From the IMG/VR virus record IMGVR_UViG_3300010965_000002, positions 64,001 through 128,000 of that record: a DNA stretch of 64,000 bases. The stretch is one strand, 5' to 3'. This DNA is from a virus. A program made the translations under genes and the position numbers. The notes beneath the pieces were generated by a model. That model did no database searches and was not told the DNA's origin. It saw only the letters and a program-made list of their open reading frames with translations. This document shows positions 44,440 through 53,804 of this stretch, in pieces (position 1 is the stretch's first letter; the number at the start of each line of letters is the position of its first letter).

Positions 44440-44981
44440 TAGGCAATTTCAAATTCGAGCATCCTCAGTGGGTGGAATTCATCACACGGAGCCGCAACGA
44501 AATCCCCAAGCAAAAGTTCTTCAACCAAATGCGCTGGTATGCGGGTGCTACCAACGTAAACTTTGGTGTTGGTCAATTGTCCGAGGAATTCTTGCTTCGT
44601 GATTGGGTAGCTGTGATGCGCGACCGTATTGTGGCTCTAACCGCAGAGCCTGATTGGGATGTAATTCGTGAGTCCACATATTGTGCTTGCGGAATAGGTG
44701 CAAAAAACATCCCATTCAAAGCATCCAACTATCTTGACGCTATAACACGCAGGTACCATTACGTTGTGAGTGGTCAAGGCCAGTTCAGATCAGAGGCTCA
44801 GATTGTCGGCTATCAAGCAGGCGATGTGTTAGCGTTTGACGCACAAGACTACGACAAGGAGTGGACAAATTCCTATCCGAAGTCAACTGAACAGATGGTA
44901 TTCTGCTTAGGCCATAAAGACAGCAAAGACATACACAACTGGGACCTCTTTGCGCAGTTCCATACTAAAGGAAAGAAATGA
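44427..44981 (+). CDS. cupin/DSBH-fold protein lacking obvious Fe ligands
   Basis: RRYHYVV..YQAGDVLAFD resemble neighbours, but HxD and distal His are absent. Confidence 0.5.
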   Translation: MARVIGNFKFEHPQWVEFITRSRNEIPKQKFFNQMRWYAGATNVNFGVGQLSEEFLLRDWVAVMRDRIVALTAEPDWDVIRESTYCACGIGAKNIPFKASNYLDAITRRYHYVVSGQGQFRSEAQIVGYQAGDVLAFDAQDYDKEWTNSYPKSTEQMVFCLGHKDSKDIHNWDLFAQFHTKGKK

Positions 44982-45616
44982 CAACGCAGCTTACAGACAG
45001 ACTGGAAGGCGTAACTGTGCCGATTCCAGGTATTACCGTGGACGTACCCAGACTACGCAAAGTAGTGGATGACTTGGTGGAAGGCTTGATGCAAGCATCA
45101 GAGCAAACGTTTGATACGTGGGTAAGAACGGCCACAGGCAAGCAAGCTATCAATCTGACCTACCACCGTAGAATCACTGGTATTGACAGATTCCTAATGC
45201 TAACGCATGGATACAAAGACCTAAAAGAAGTCCACGAACAAGACGTTTGGGAGCATGACTTCAATGAAATGACAGATGCTATAAAGAGCTCCTACATTGG
45301 TCAGCTTTTTGAGCAGATAGGCGAGTTCCACTTAGCAAAGCATGGTACGCCTATTAAAGGCCGCCATCAGCTTGTGTGGATTGCACCAGGCCAGTGCTAT
45401 GATCTACACAAAGACAAGCATACACCTTATCGCTATCACATTCCAATTCGTACTGAGCCTAATGTGATTTGGTTGTTTCGTCAAGGCGCTGATTTAGACT
45501 TAGTGCATATGCCCGCAGATGGTCGCGTATGGGAACTTGACCCCATAAAGGCCGAACATACTGTGTCAAACTACAGTAACAGCTTGCGGTTACATTTAAT
45601 CATGACGAGTGTGTAA
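44978..45616 (+). CDS. AspH-like hydroxylase
   Basis: LHKD..RYHIPI..HMPADGRVW..EHTVSN..RLHLI. Confidence 0.85.
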   Translation: MTTQLTDRLEGVTVPIPGITVDVPRLRKVVDDLVEGLMQASEQTFDTWVRTATGKQAINLTYHRRITGIDRFLMLTHGYKDLKEVHEQDVWEHDFNEMTDAIKSSYIGQLFEQIGEFHLAKHGTPIKGRHQLVWIAPGQCYDLHKDKHTPYRYHIPIRTEPNVIWLFRQGADLDLVHMPADGRVWELDPIKAEHTVSNYSNSLRLHLIMTSV

Positions 45617-46252
45617 ATGGACTATCCTTTTTTCTTCAAACAAATAGCGTCGATTCCAAAAAGTCTGGTTGAGGCATATGTAGCCAGTATCAAGCCCGAA
45701 GACTATGGACAGTCTCCATACTTTAAGGACGACTTGACACAAGGCGTGAGCCAAATAGCTACGCACAACAGCGGCAATAGCTTCATAAGGGACATGCTCT
45801 GGCCTACTATTGCCACCACGTTTCCACGCATAGGTCAAGTGAAATGGTACGAAGTCAACGTGATTCAACCGGGTGGCATTCTGAAGGAACACGCTGATTT
45901 TGAATCACGCTCTTTTGACACGTTTATCGGTGAACCTACCGACCCGTACAAGGCGTTAGAAGTGGTGCTTTGCCACAAAGTCCACATACATCTTCAAGGC
46001 GATAGCACGCTTATGTTTAGACGTAGCCGTAAGGACGTCTTTGCTGAGTTCAAACCTGAAGTTGGCGGGGTGTATCTGTTCAACAACTACGTATTGCATA
46101 AGAGCGTTTGTCCTAGCGCCTCAAGTGTTCCACGTATTGCGATGACTGTTGTGGTGAAAGACGAAGGTTGGCAAGCAAAACGTGCTATCCTGAATCGCTT
46201 TAGTTATCAGCATTTCAACGCCTATGATGGCTTGAACACAGGCAAGGAATGA
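45617..46252 (+). CDS. AspH-like hydroxylase, MDYPF paralogue 2
   Basis: MDYPF..EHAD..KVHIHL..GGVYLFNNYVLHKS..RIAM. Confidence 0.82.
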   Translation: MDYPFFFKQIASIPKSLVEAYVASIKPEDYGQSPYFKDDLTQGVSQIATHNSGNSFIRDMLWPTIATTFPRIGQVKWYEVNVIQPGGILKEHADFESRSFDTFIGEPTDPYKALEVVLCHKVHIHLQGDSTLMFRRSRKDVFAEFKPEVGGVYLFNNYVLHKSVCPSASSVPRIAMTVVVKDEGWQAKRAILNRFSYQHFNAYDGLNTGKE

Positions 46253-46845
46253 ATATGGAGACTAACACTCTTATAGCGTCAGTTGACGGAGGCATTGGTT
46301 CTGCCCTGCAACGTGCTACTGGCGGTGATGGCACTTCGCGTGAGAGCAAAGGTCAATACTACTTGGACATTCTCAAGGACCATACATTTCCGGTTACGCG
46401 CCGATATGATCGCCTGTGGTTTACTATAGGTATCAATAGTAAGCCGCCTCTTGACCGGCTAAACGTGTTTCGTACCAATGCTATCAAAGCCTATGACTTC
46501 TTGAACTGGGCTGGTGAACATCTGTTGAATCCTGGTGCGCGTGTTATGGTGATAACGTCACAGTGGGGCAGTATCGCAGAAGTCAATTCAGCGCGTGATT
46601 ACCCCTATCGCATGAGCAAAGCGGCGCTGAACATGGGTGTTGCTATTCTTCAAGAGAAGTATCAGCAGCATACATGGATGTGTATGCACCCTGGTCTGGT
46701 TGTGACAAAACTTACCACAGGCATCGAGTTTCCAGACCCCAATAGAATCACGCCTGAAGTCAGTGTTGCAGGCATGTTGCAGGTTTCTGAATCAGTATCA
46801 TCTTTCGGCTTCTACTCGTACACAGGCCGGACAATTCCTTGGTGA
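46249..46845 (+). CDS. short-chain dehydrogenase/reductase (CsgA-like), paralogue of 38856
   Basis: TSQWGSI..YRMSKAALNMG..HPGLVVT. Confidence 0.88.
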   Translation: MNMETNTLIASVDGGIGSALQRATGGDGTSRESKGQYYLDILKDHTFPVTRRYDRLWFTIGINSKPPLDRLNVFRTNAIKAYDFLNWAGEHLLNPGARVMVITSQWGSIAEVNSARDYPYRMSKAALNMGVAILQEKYQQHTWMCMHPGLVVTKLTTGIEFPDPNRITPEVSVAGMLQVSESVSSFGFYSYTGRTIPW

Positions 46846-46849
46846 CATT

Positions 46850-47440
46850 ATGGACTATCCTTTCTACATTCGACAAATCGGCAGTATCAGACCTGAACTG
46901 CTGCAACAACTTCAACAGGCGTATCTATCTCATACCAAGTTTGCACTAGCACCTGGGTTCACACCACAGTTCGGTTTACAACAGCCTGTTGACTTTGACT
47001 TAGGTCCACTGCAAGCCGAAGTGCTAGCTGACCTTTCACGTTGGTTTGCACCAGCTACGTGCGTACAACTAAAGTACAACGTGATGCCTCCTGGCAAAGG
47101 ACTTGGTGAACACAGTGACTTGGATGGTTATGGAGACAACGACTACACGATGTATTCGTGCTTTGCGCATCACCGCGTACACATCCCGCTGATAACAAAT
47201 CCCGGTGTGGAATTTTGGCATCGCCGTACAAGAGCCTTAGCTAGTGAGCGTCAGGCAACACCACAAGTGGGCGGAGTGTACTTGTACAACGACTATGTTC
47301 TACACAGCGTACAAAACAAAGGGTCTGAAAACCGCGTGCATCTGGTTCTGAAATTTGCAGACCCGAAGCATGTGGTTAAACGTCAGTTACTCATTCAACA
47401 GCAAATCAAAATAGGCGAATACTATGAATGCGTCAAGTAA
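46850..47440 (+). CDS. AspH-like hydroxylase, MDYPF paralogue 3
   Basis: MDYPF..EHSD..RVHIPLITNP..GGVYLYNDYVLHSV..RVHLV; ATG 46850 preferred over track start. Confidence 0.85.
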   Translation: MDYPFYIRQIGSIRPELLQQLQQAYLSHTKFALAPGFTPQFGLQQPVDFDLGPLQAEVLADLSRWFAPATCVQLKYNVMPPGKGLGEHSDLDGYGDNDYTMYSCFAHHRVHIPLITNPGVEFWHRRTRALASERQATPQVGGVYLYNDYVLHSVQNKGSENRVHLVLKFADPKHVVKRQLLIQQQIKIGEYYECVK

Positions 47441-48029
47441 GGTCTTCATCATAGGCTGCAAGTCCGGTTTTGGCAAGGAGCTTCTGGCGCATTGCCAAAC
47501 AGAATGCCTCGCACAAGGCGTATCCCGTGAAGACTTCAATCTCTTTGATCTTGCCAGCGTAAAACGCCTAGGTGAACGCATCATTGGAGAACTACCTGAC
47601 GTTGTGGTTTTTAATTCTTATGCGCGAACGGTAGACAAAGAGCATGTGGCCTATGCGCAGTTAGAAGCCCTAAAAGTTCTGTGGCCTATGCTAAAGCCTC
47701 TTGATTTGACTGTGGTTGTGGTAGGCTCAGCTATAGCGTGGGAACAACCAAACGGAGGCAACGCTACGCTGCTGTATCAACGAAGCAAGAAAGATTTGGC
47801 TGCCTATTGTCTAAAGAATGGTTGGTTGGACATCACCAATCCTCAACACAAGGCACGCATGGTGTTGTTTGAACCCGCTACGATGACCAATCGACCGGAA
47901 TACGCCAAAGCACGACGCACTCCTCTGTTAAGCGTTGAAAGCAGTTGGGCATTGATGCGAGGTGCAATAGCCAGCAAGCTACCGTTTGTACGTGTTGGTG
48001 CTCAAGGAGGAACGCATGTTGTTATCTAA
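47424..48029 (+). CDS. SDR-like Rossmann-fold protein
   Basis: IIGCKSGFG (GxxxGxG)..VVVGS..YQRSK (YxxxK). Confidence 0.7.
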   Translation: MNASSKVFIIGCKSGFGKELLAHCQTECLAQGVSREDFNLFDLASVKRLGERIIGELPDVVVFNSYARTVDKEHVAYAQLEALKVLWPMLKPLDLTVVVVGSAIAWEQPNGGNATLLYQRSKKDLAAYCLKNGWLDITNPQHKARMVLFEPATMTNRPEYAKARRTPLLSVESSWALMRGAIASKLPFVRVGAQGGTHVVI

Positions 48030-48837
48030 CAAGACGGCTGTTATCACAGGCTGCGGTGTTACAGCTACTGGCGCAGGACTTGGCGCACAATACGCGCTGG
48101 CGCTTGCAAGAGAAGGCGCGAACGTTGTTCTGACCGACGTTGACATGAAACGGTTGGAGCCTACGATTGAACAGTTCAAGCGCGAAGGCTTAGGCTATAG
48201 ATATATCGTGCTTGATCTGCTAGAAGCCTCTGGTGCTAAAGACCTAATGGCATTTGCGTATAGGGTCTTTGGTTCTGTTGACATCCTTGTGAACAATGCA
48301 GGCGTCGTACCAAACACGCTGAGGGAGACTAAAGCCAAGTTTGATATGTATCAACGCCGACGCACAGGCGTAGCCACTCAACCTTTGTCGTTGCTTGACA
48401 TAACAGACAACGAGTGGAATAGTTTTTGGGAACTTAACGTTCATGCGTCCTTTCGTTGTCTAAGGGCTGCGTGTAACTACATGGCAGAACAGAAAAGCGG
48501 CAGGATTATCAACATCGCTAGCGTGTCAGCCTTCAGCAACAGCGGTGGCTTTAGTCCAGGTTACGCTGCCAGCAAGGCAGCCGTCCACTCGTTAACGATT
48601 AGCGTAGCAGAAGAATGTGCAAGGCACGGCATTCTGGTTAATACCTTTGCGCCTAGTGGTGTCATAGACACGACTTGGTTGAACAAGCCGCTTGCCGAAC
48701 GTGAACGCTTAGAAAGTAGCATACCTATTGGTCGTCAAGCGACCTACGAGGACTACACCAAAGTAATCGTTATGCTTTCAGGCACGCACTATTTTGTTGG
48801 TCAACTTATTTCTCCTAATGGAGGCTTGGTAACATAA
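48016..48837 (+). CDS. classical SDR (FabG-like)
   Basis: KTAVITG..GLG..DILVNNAG..IINIAS..YAASK; AAGGAGG RBS before ATG 48016. Confidence 0.92.
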   Translation: MLLSNKTAVITGCGVTATGAGLGAQYALALAREGANVVLTDVDMKRLEPTIEQFKREGLGYRYIVLDLLEASGAKDLMAFAYRVFGSVDILVNNAGVVPNTLRETKAKFDMYQRRRTGVATQPLSLLDITDNEWNSFWELNVHASFRCLRAACNYMAEQKSGRIINIASVSAFSNSGGFSPGYAASKAAVHSLTISVAEECARHGILVNTFAPSGVIDTTWLNKPLAERERLESSIPIGRQATYEDYTKVIVMLSGTHYFVGQLISPNGGLVT

Positions 48838-49457
48838 TGGACTACCCTTTTCTGGTCGCGCCGATTGCGCGAGTATCTGCTGACTTAGTTGCACGTCTTG
48901 CTGACGCTGCCCAAGAGCTTCAATACGATGCTTTCCCTTCGCTTCAAACTCTGTTGCACACAGACTATCACCCACATACCGAAGCGTTCAAAGCCGCGTG
49001 TATGGAATTGCATCGTCACTTGGGTTTGTTTACTGATGACCAGATCGTAAGGTTTACCGTAACCAAACTTCGTCCTGGCCACGTTGCCGCAGAACACAGT
49101 GATTTCTACGTTCAGAAAGGCGCGCCTAACAACTTAGCGATCATCAATAACCAGCACAAGATTCATGTGCCTTTGATTACCAACCCTTTGGCACATTCGT
49201 TGCATCGGCGCACACAGTTGCTACCACACACTGCGTATCATATGCCTACGGGCTATGCTTATGCGTACAACGATGTAGCCTGGCACAAGATCGTCAACGC
49301 TGGTGCTGAAAACCGCTATCACTTGATTGTGTTTTATAAGGACCCCACGCAAACGGTTAAACGTCGAATAATGGATGCCTTGTCGATTGATTATCACAAC
49401 TTCTACGAAGACCTCAGTTACAAGTACCCATTTGAACATCATGTAGTGCGGGATTAA
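48837..49457 (+). CDS. AspH-like hydroxylase, MDYPF paralogue 4
   Basis: MDYPF..EHSD..KIHVPLITNP..AYNDVAWHKI..RYHLI. Confidence 0.85.
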   Translation: MDYPFLVAPIARVSADLVARLADAAQELQYDAFPSLQTLLHTDYHPHTEAFKAACMELHRHLGLFTDDQIVRFTVTKLRPGHVAAEHSDFYVQKGAPNNLAIINNQHKIHVPLITNPLAHSLHRRTQLLPHTAYHMPTGYAYAYNDVAWHKIVNAGAENRYHLIVFYKDPTQTVKRRIMDALSIDYHNFYEDLSYKYPFEHHVVRD

Positions 49458-49514
49458 GCAGATGGGGTCAGCGAATTTTTGCTTAACGGTGGACTTGTTA
49501 TAAAAGGACTCTCA

Positions 49515-50366
49515 ATGGTTAGCTTCGGACAAAGAGCCTTACACTCGTGGGTCGATGTTGTAAATAAACGTACTGGTGGTAGACAACCAAAACTTGCGAC
49601 GCCTAATGAGACAGTAGCGGGCATAGTTGCTCACCAAAGCGTGCGCAGGTTTGAAAAGCGCACGGTTAGCAGGGAACTGCTTGAGCTACTGGTGTTGGCT
49701 GCACAGTCTGCTCCTACGAGTGCTAACCTACAGTGTTGGAGTGTTGTGGTTGTGACCGACCCTAAGCTCAAAGCTAAATTTCTGGTAGCAGGCAACAACA
49801 ACACGACCATAGAGCAAGCGCCTTGTTATATGGTCTGGTTAGCAGACTTGACCCACGTAGCCACCATTTTAGGTGATGACGTAGAGGGCTTAGATCATTT
49901 AGAAACGTTCTTGGTGAGCAGCATAGACGCGGCCCTAGCGGCCCAGTCGTTTTCCATAGCGGCACAGTCTATGGGCTTAGGCACCGTGTTTCATGGTTCT
50001 ATACGGTACAAACCTGAAATTGCTATAGAAGCCTTGTCCTTGCCTAAGCACACGTTTCCAGTATTCGCTATGGCAGTAGGTTGGCCTAGTAAAGAGCTTG
50101 TGGTGCATTGGAATCACCCGGATGAAATAAAACCGCGTATGCCTCAGCATATGGTTCTGCACTATAACAAGTATGAGCCTAGAAAGTTGAGTCAGTTGTT
50201 AGATTATGACAAGGTAGTTGACGACTTCCACAGGGACAATGTAATCTCGCCTGAAATCTATCCAGCATTAAAGCCGTGGAGGTCCAGTGCCGTAGAACGT
50301 TTCACTTTGATGTTGAACAGAAAACTTGAGGCTATGATTAAGACCATGGGCTTTGGAACACTTTGA
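49515..50366 (+). CDS. FMN-dependent nitroreductase (NfsA/Frp-like)
   Basis: HQSVRRF..AAQSAPTSANLQCWSV..IDAALAAQ..GLGTVFHGSIR..KPRMP; AAAGGA RBS before ATG 49515. Confidence 0.9.
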   Translation: MVSFGQRALHSWVDVVNKRTGGRQPKLATPNETVAGIVAHQSVRRFEKRTVSRELLELLVLAAQSAPTSANLQCWSVVVVTDPKLKAKFLVAGNNNTTIEQAPCYMVWLADLTHVATILGDDVEGLDHLETFLVSSIDAALAAQSFSIAAQSMGLGTVFHGSIRYKPEIAIEALSLPKHTFPVFAMAVGWPSKELVVHWNHPDEIKPRMPQHMVLHYNKYEPRKLSQLLDYDKVVDDFHRDNVISPEIYPALKPWRSSAVERFTLMLNRKLEAMIKTMGFGTL

Positions 50367-50376
50367 AAGCGCAAGC

Positions 50377-50799
50377 ATGAAAATACAAAATGAGTTACTT
50401 GAAGGCAGCGCCGCTTTACCCGCTTTCTTGCGTGCGTATGCCGAACTACTCGACCTCGGTTGGGGGCGACCATTCACAGTCCACAATGAAAAACACAAGG
50501 TGTGTTACGCCAAAAGCGACAGTGGCAACGTTATGGGCGGTATTGTCTACGGAATGAATCCACTGACCAAGCTAGGCTGGATAGTGTTTTCCTTCACCGT
50601 ACCTGAGTTTCGACGGCAAGGCGTTTATACAAGACTCCATAGAGAAGTCGAGTTGTTGATGACCCGTGGAGGTATGACAGACTTGGCTTCACATGTCCAT
50701 GTAGACAATGAGGCTCAGATTAAAAGCTGCGAACGTGTAGGTAAGAAGCCTGAGTATTACCGTATGCACAAGAGTCTGAGGCAAACCGACGAAGCCTAA
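50377..50799 (+). CDS. GNAT acetyltransferase
   Basis: WIVFSFTVPEFRRQGVY (R/QxxG); start could be TTG 50353. Confidence 0.85.
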   Translation: MKIQNELLEGSAALPAFLRAYAELLDLGWGRPFTVHNEKHKVCYAKSDSGNVMGGIVYGMNPLTKLGWIVFSFTVPEFRRQGVYTRLHREVELLMTRGGMTDLASHVHVDNEAQIKSCERVGKKPEYYRMHKSLRQTDEA

Positions 50800-50824
50800 C
50801 CAATTTTGATTACTAACGAGGTAT

Positions 50825-51646
50825 ATGATGGACATCAATGAATTCAAAGACCGTTATGAACGGGACGGGGCCGTTTGGCCCATTAGCATTTTCTCTGCCG
50901 AAGAAATTGCTGGATACAAGCTCAAGCTCGATCAGGCGGTGGCCGACCTCGATTTGATGAACAGCGACTACCGTTGCAAGTCTCAGGTGTTGTTTCCGTG
51001 GGTGGCAGAGATTGCCAAGTCACCTAAGCTGACGCCATATCTGACGGCCTTGCTCGGTGACAGCTACCATTGCTGGGATACGTTGTTCTGGATTAAGCAA
51101 CCGGGCGATAACAAGCGCGTGAGCTTTCACCAAGACGGTACGTACTGGAACTTTGAACCTGAAAAAGGTCTGACCGTGTGGCTTTCGTTTGACGGTTCAA
51201 CCGCAGACAAGGGTGCTATTCAGTACGTCACTCAGCCTTACGTAAAGACCATTCGCAAGCATACTGACCGCAAAAGCAATGACAACCTGTTGATGCGTGG
51301 TCAGACACTCGACCGCAATCAGGAAGAAGTTGAGCACACCTGTATTGCCGAAGTGCCTGCTGGAAGCATCGCCATGCACAGTCCTTTCATCATGCACGGC
51401 TCTGTGCCAAACATGACAGATAACACACGGGCTGCGTGTGGCTTCTTGTTTGTCAAAGGTGATGCCAAGCCGCGTGAAGCGTATTCACCTGAGTCTACGC
51501 TGTGGATACACGGTGATGTACCTCCACATTTCATGCTGGACCCAGCACCAACTGGCGATTGGGAACTCGACAAGAGTGCGTGGCAAGCGGCCTATGATCG
51601 ACAACACGCAAACTACTACAAAATGAGGGAAGTAAATGCTGAATAA
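50825..51646 (+). CDS. phytanoyl-CoA dioxygenase (PhyH)-family 2OG-Fe(II) oxygenase
   Basis: FWIKQPG..FHQD..LTVWL..GSIAMH..HGSVPN..R. Confidence 0.92.
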   Translation: MMDINEFKDRYERDGAVWPISIFSAEEIAGYKLKLDQAVADLDLMNSDYRCKSQVLFPWVAEIAKSPKLTPYLTALLGDSYHCWDTLFWIKQPGDNKRVSFHQDGTYWNFEPEKGLTVWLSFDGSTADKGAIQYVTQPYVKTIRKHTDRKSNDNLLMRGQTLDRNQEEVEHTCIAEVPAGSIAMHSPFIMHGSVPNMTDNTRAACGFLFVKGDAKPREAYSPESTLWIHGDVPPHFMLDPAPTGDWELDKSAWQAAYDRQHANYYKMREVNAE

Positions 51647-52181
51647 ACTACACGCCTTCGTCTTTGGCGACTGGCGCGATAAGTCCACAGCGGTTGCAGG
51701 TACATTCGATGCTCCAGGTGTGTACGTGATGGCTGCCCGAGCACATGGCTTAAAAGGCTTGCTTGGTGGTCGTCACAGCTACATCGTTCACGTAAGCGGT
51801 GGGGGTGAACACACGGTGTTTGAAATAACCGACCGTGAGACATTGGGTTATCAAGGCGCTACAGAGTTCAAGAGCTACAAAACCAATCCAGGGTTCGACG
51901 AACCTGTGCTGTACCGTGTGCTGCGTAATGGCTATCAGGAATGGTTCGGTGCGCAGCCTTATGTTGTGTACCACACGCAAGTATGGCCTGAGCTTGTAGA
52001 CTTGGACGCGCTGTTTGAACTGTACCCGCACAAGAACGATCAGTTCAAGTTGTTCTACCTGAATTGCAACACGTTTGTTTCTTGGGGTGTCTATCTGGCA
52101 CGCATGATGGGGATTGACGCTTGCTTCCCTAAGACGTTTGGCACCAAGTCCGATGCTTATTGGGAGAAGTTCTATGTATGA
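51636..52181 (+). CDS. DUF3750-like / permuted NlpC-P60 fold protein
   Basis: AARAHG..GRHSYIV..WFGAQP..YP..NCNTFVSW; His precedes Cys. Confidence 0.55.
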   Translation: MLNKLHAFVFGDWRDKSTAVAGTFDAPGVYVMAARAHGLKGLLGGRHSYIVHVSGGGEHTVFEITDRETLGYQGATEFKSYKTNPGFDEPVLYRVLRNGYQEWFGAQPYVVYHTQVWPELVDLDALFELYPHKNDQFKLFYLNCNTFVSWGVYLARMMGIDACFPKTFGTKSDAYWEKFYV

Positions 52182-52572
52182 GTTTTCAATGACGTTCACC
52201 CGTAAAGATACGGCGGTGGAGTGGCCTATGACTATTGAGGACGATAATATCACGCAATTGTACGCTAGCCGACAGCGTGCCTTGCTGAGTTCTGTTGGCG
52301 TGGTGGGTGTGTTCACCAGTTTCACACCTGATGGTATGACAGCCAGAACGGTGACGGTATGGGAATCGACGGTAGCTTCGTCTCAGTTTCAATATGCAGA
52401 CAGAGAGGCGTTTATAGCTGCAATCAGTAAATACTGCAAGGACAATGACGTTAGCTTGGTAACGAATGCCGACTTTGTTCCTGACACAGAAGCCCTCAAG
52501 ATCAAGAAATTGGCTAACCGCTTGTCGCCAAGTGCAGCAGGTTTGGAACTGGCAAAGGTACTAGAACAATGA
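52174..52572 (+). CDS. hypothetical protein (132 aa)
   Basis: GGGAG RBS before ATG 52174; coupled on both sides. Confidence 0.65.
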   Translation: MYEFSMTFTRKDTAVEWPMTIEDDNITQLYASRQRALLSSVGVVGVFTSFTPDGMTARTVTVWESTVASSQFQYADREAFIAAISKYCKDNDVSLVTNADFVPDTEALKIKKLANRLSPSAAGLELAKVLEQ

Positions 52573-53804
52573 ACACGCTAGCGCATCGCATAAAAGAGTT
52601 GCTACCTCAAGGGTTTGCAACAATGTCAACCATTGATGCTGTGTCTGCGTCTAATGCCTTCATCTATGACAGTGAAGGCCGTCGGTACATCGACTTTGCA
52701 AGCTCCTCTTCGGCTATGAATCTGGGTCACCGTCATCCAGAAGTTGTCGAGGCCATGCAAGACCAGTTGGACAAATTTGTTCACACCTTCTTTCAGCAAG
52801 TGCCGTACAGCAGCTATCTGGATTTGGTTGAGGTGCTGCATCGTATTACACCTGGCGAGTTCCGCAAGAAGACAGTGCTGAATTCCACAGGCTGTGAAGC
52901 CGTTGAAACGGCTGTGCGTATTGCCAAGGCACATACCAAACGGCAGACCGTGTTGTGCTTCACAGGTTCGTTTCACGGTCGTAGCTTGCTAGGTTCTGCG
53001 CTGTCAAACAATGCAGGTACAGCCCTACACGATCTGAACAACATCGTGTGCGCCCCATTCGTGTCAATGGATGACGAGCCTTTCGATGCAATCGCGTATG
53101 CAAAGCAGTTGGCGAACCTAGTGCCGCTGGACAAGATAGCTGCGATCATCATTGAACCCGTGCAAGGCGAATCTGGTTTCAACGTGGTGCAGAAACCCTT
53201 CTTGGATTGGCTGCGTTGCCTTGCCACAAACAACGGTACAGTCCTAATCGTTGATGAAGTGCAATCAGGATTGGCGCGTACAGGTACCATGTTTGCCTTA
53301 GATCAGTATTACGTGGAGCCTGACATCATCTTGGTGTCGAAGACATTGGGTGGCGGCTTGCCGTTGTCAGCCGTTGTAGGCCGCGCAGAAATTATGGATG
53401 CGCCCACTACGTTTGGCGGTACATTCAGCGGTACACCTTTGGCAGTTGCGGCGGCATTACGCGTTATTGAGGTCATCGAGACTCAGCAAGTGTGCCGTAC
53501 CTCACAGACGTTGGGTGTACTGTGCATGAGCAGACTGCAGGACTTCGCCAAGTACCCTTTCGTCAAAAAGATGCGCGGCTTAGGCTCAATGCTGTCGTTG
53601 GAAATCGACGTGGAGAATTATCCTCAGTTGACGACCACCATACAACGTCGGGCACGCGACAACGGCTTGCTGTTGCTGAGTGCAGGTATCAACAAGTCGC
53701 GCATTCGGTTCCTGTATCCGCTGACGATTGAAAAATCGGTGCTAGACGAAGGACTGACCATACTCGACAACGTATTCAAGGAACTTGCGAATGAACTACG
53801 GTAA
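52569..53804 (+). CDS. class III PLP aminotransferase (GabT-like)
   Basis: YIDFAS..LGHRHP..STGCEAVE..EPVQGESG..DEVQSGLARTG..KTLGGGLPL..TFSGTP. Confidence 0.95.
   Translation: MNTLAHRIKELLPQGFATMSTIDAVSASNAFIYDSEGRRYIDFASSSSAMNLGHRHPEVVEAMQDQLDKFVHTFFQQVPYSSYLDLVEVLHRITPGEFRKKTVLNSTGCEAVETAVRIAKAHTKRQTVLCFTGSFHGRSLLGSALSNNAGTALHDLNNIVCAPFVSMDDEPFDAIAYAKQLANLVPLDKIAAIIIEPVQGESGFNVVQKPFLDWLRCLATNNGTVLIVDEVQSGLARTGTMFALDQYYVEPDIILVSKTLGGGLPLSAVVGRAEIMDAPTTFGGTFSGTPLAVAAALRVIEVIETQQVCRTSQTLGVLCMSRLQDFAKYPFVKKMRGLGSMLSLEIDVENYPQLTTTIQRRARDNGLLLLSAGINKSRIRFLYPLTIEKSVLDEGLTILDNVFKELANELR

Noticed and set aside
49515-50366. Nitroreductase as a TOMM azoline dehydrogenase (SagB/McbC type)
   Set aside because: Motifs match NfsA/Frp flavin reductases, and no YcaO is present to make azolines
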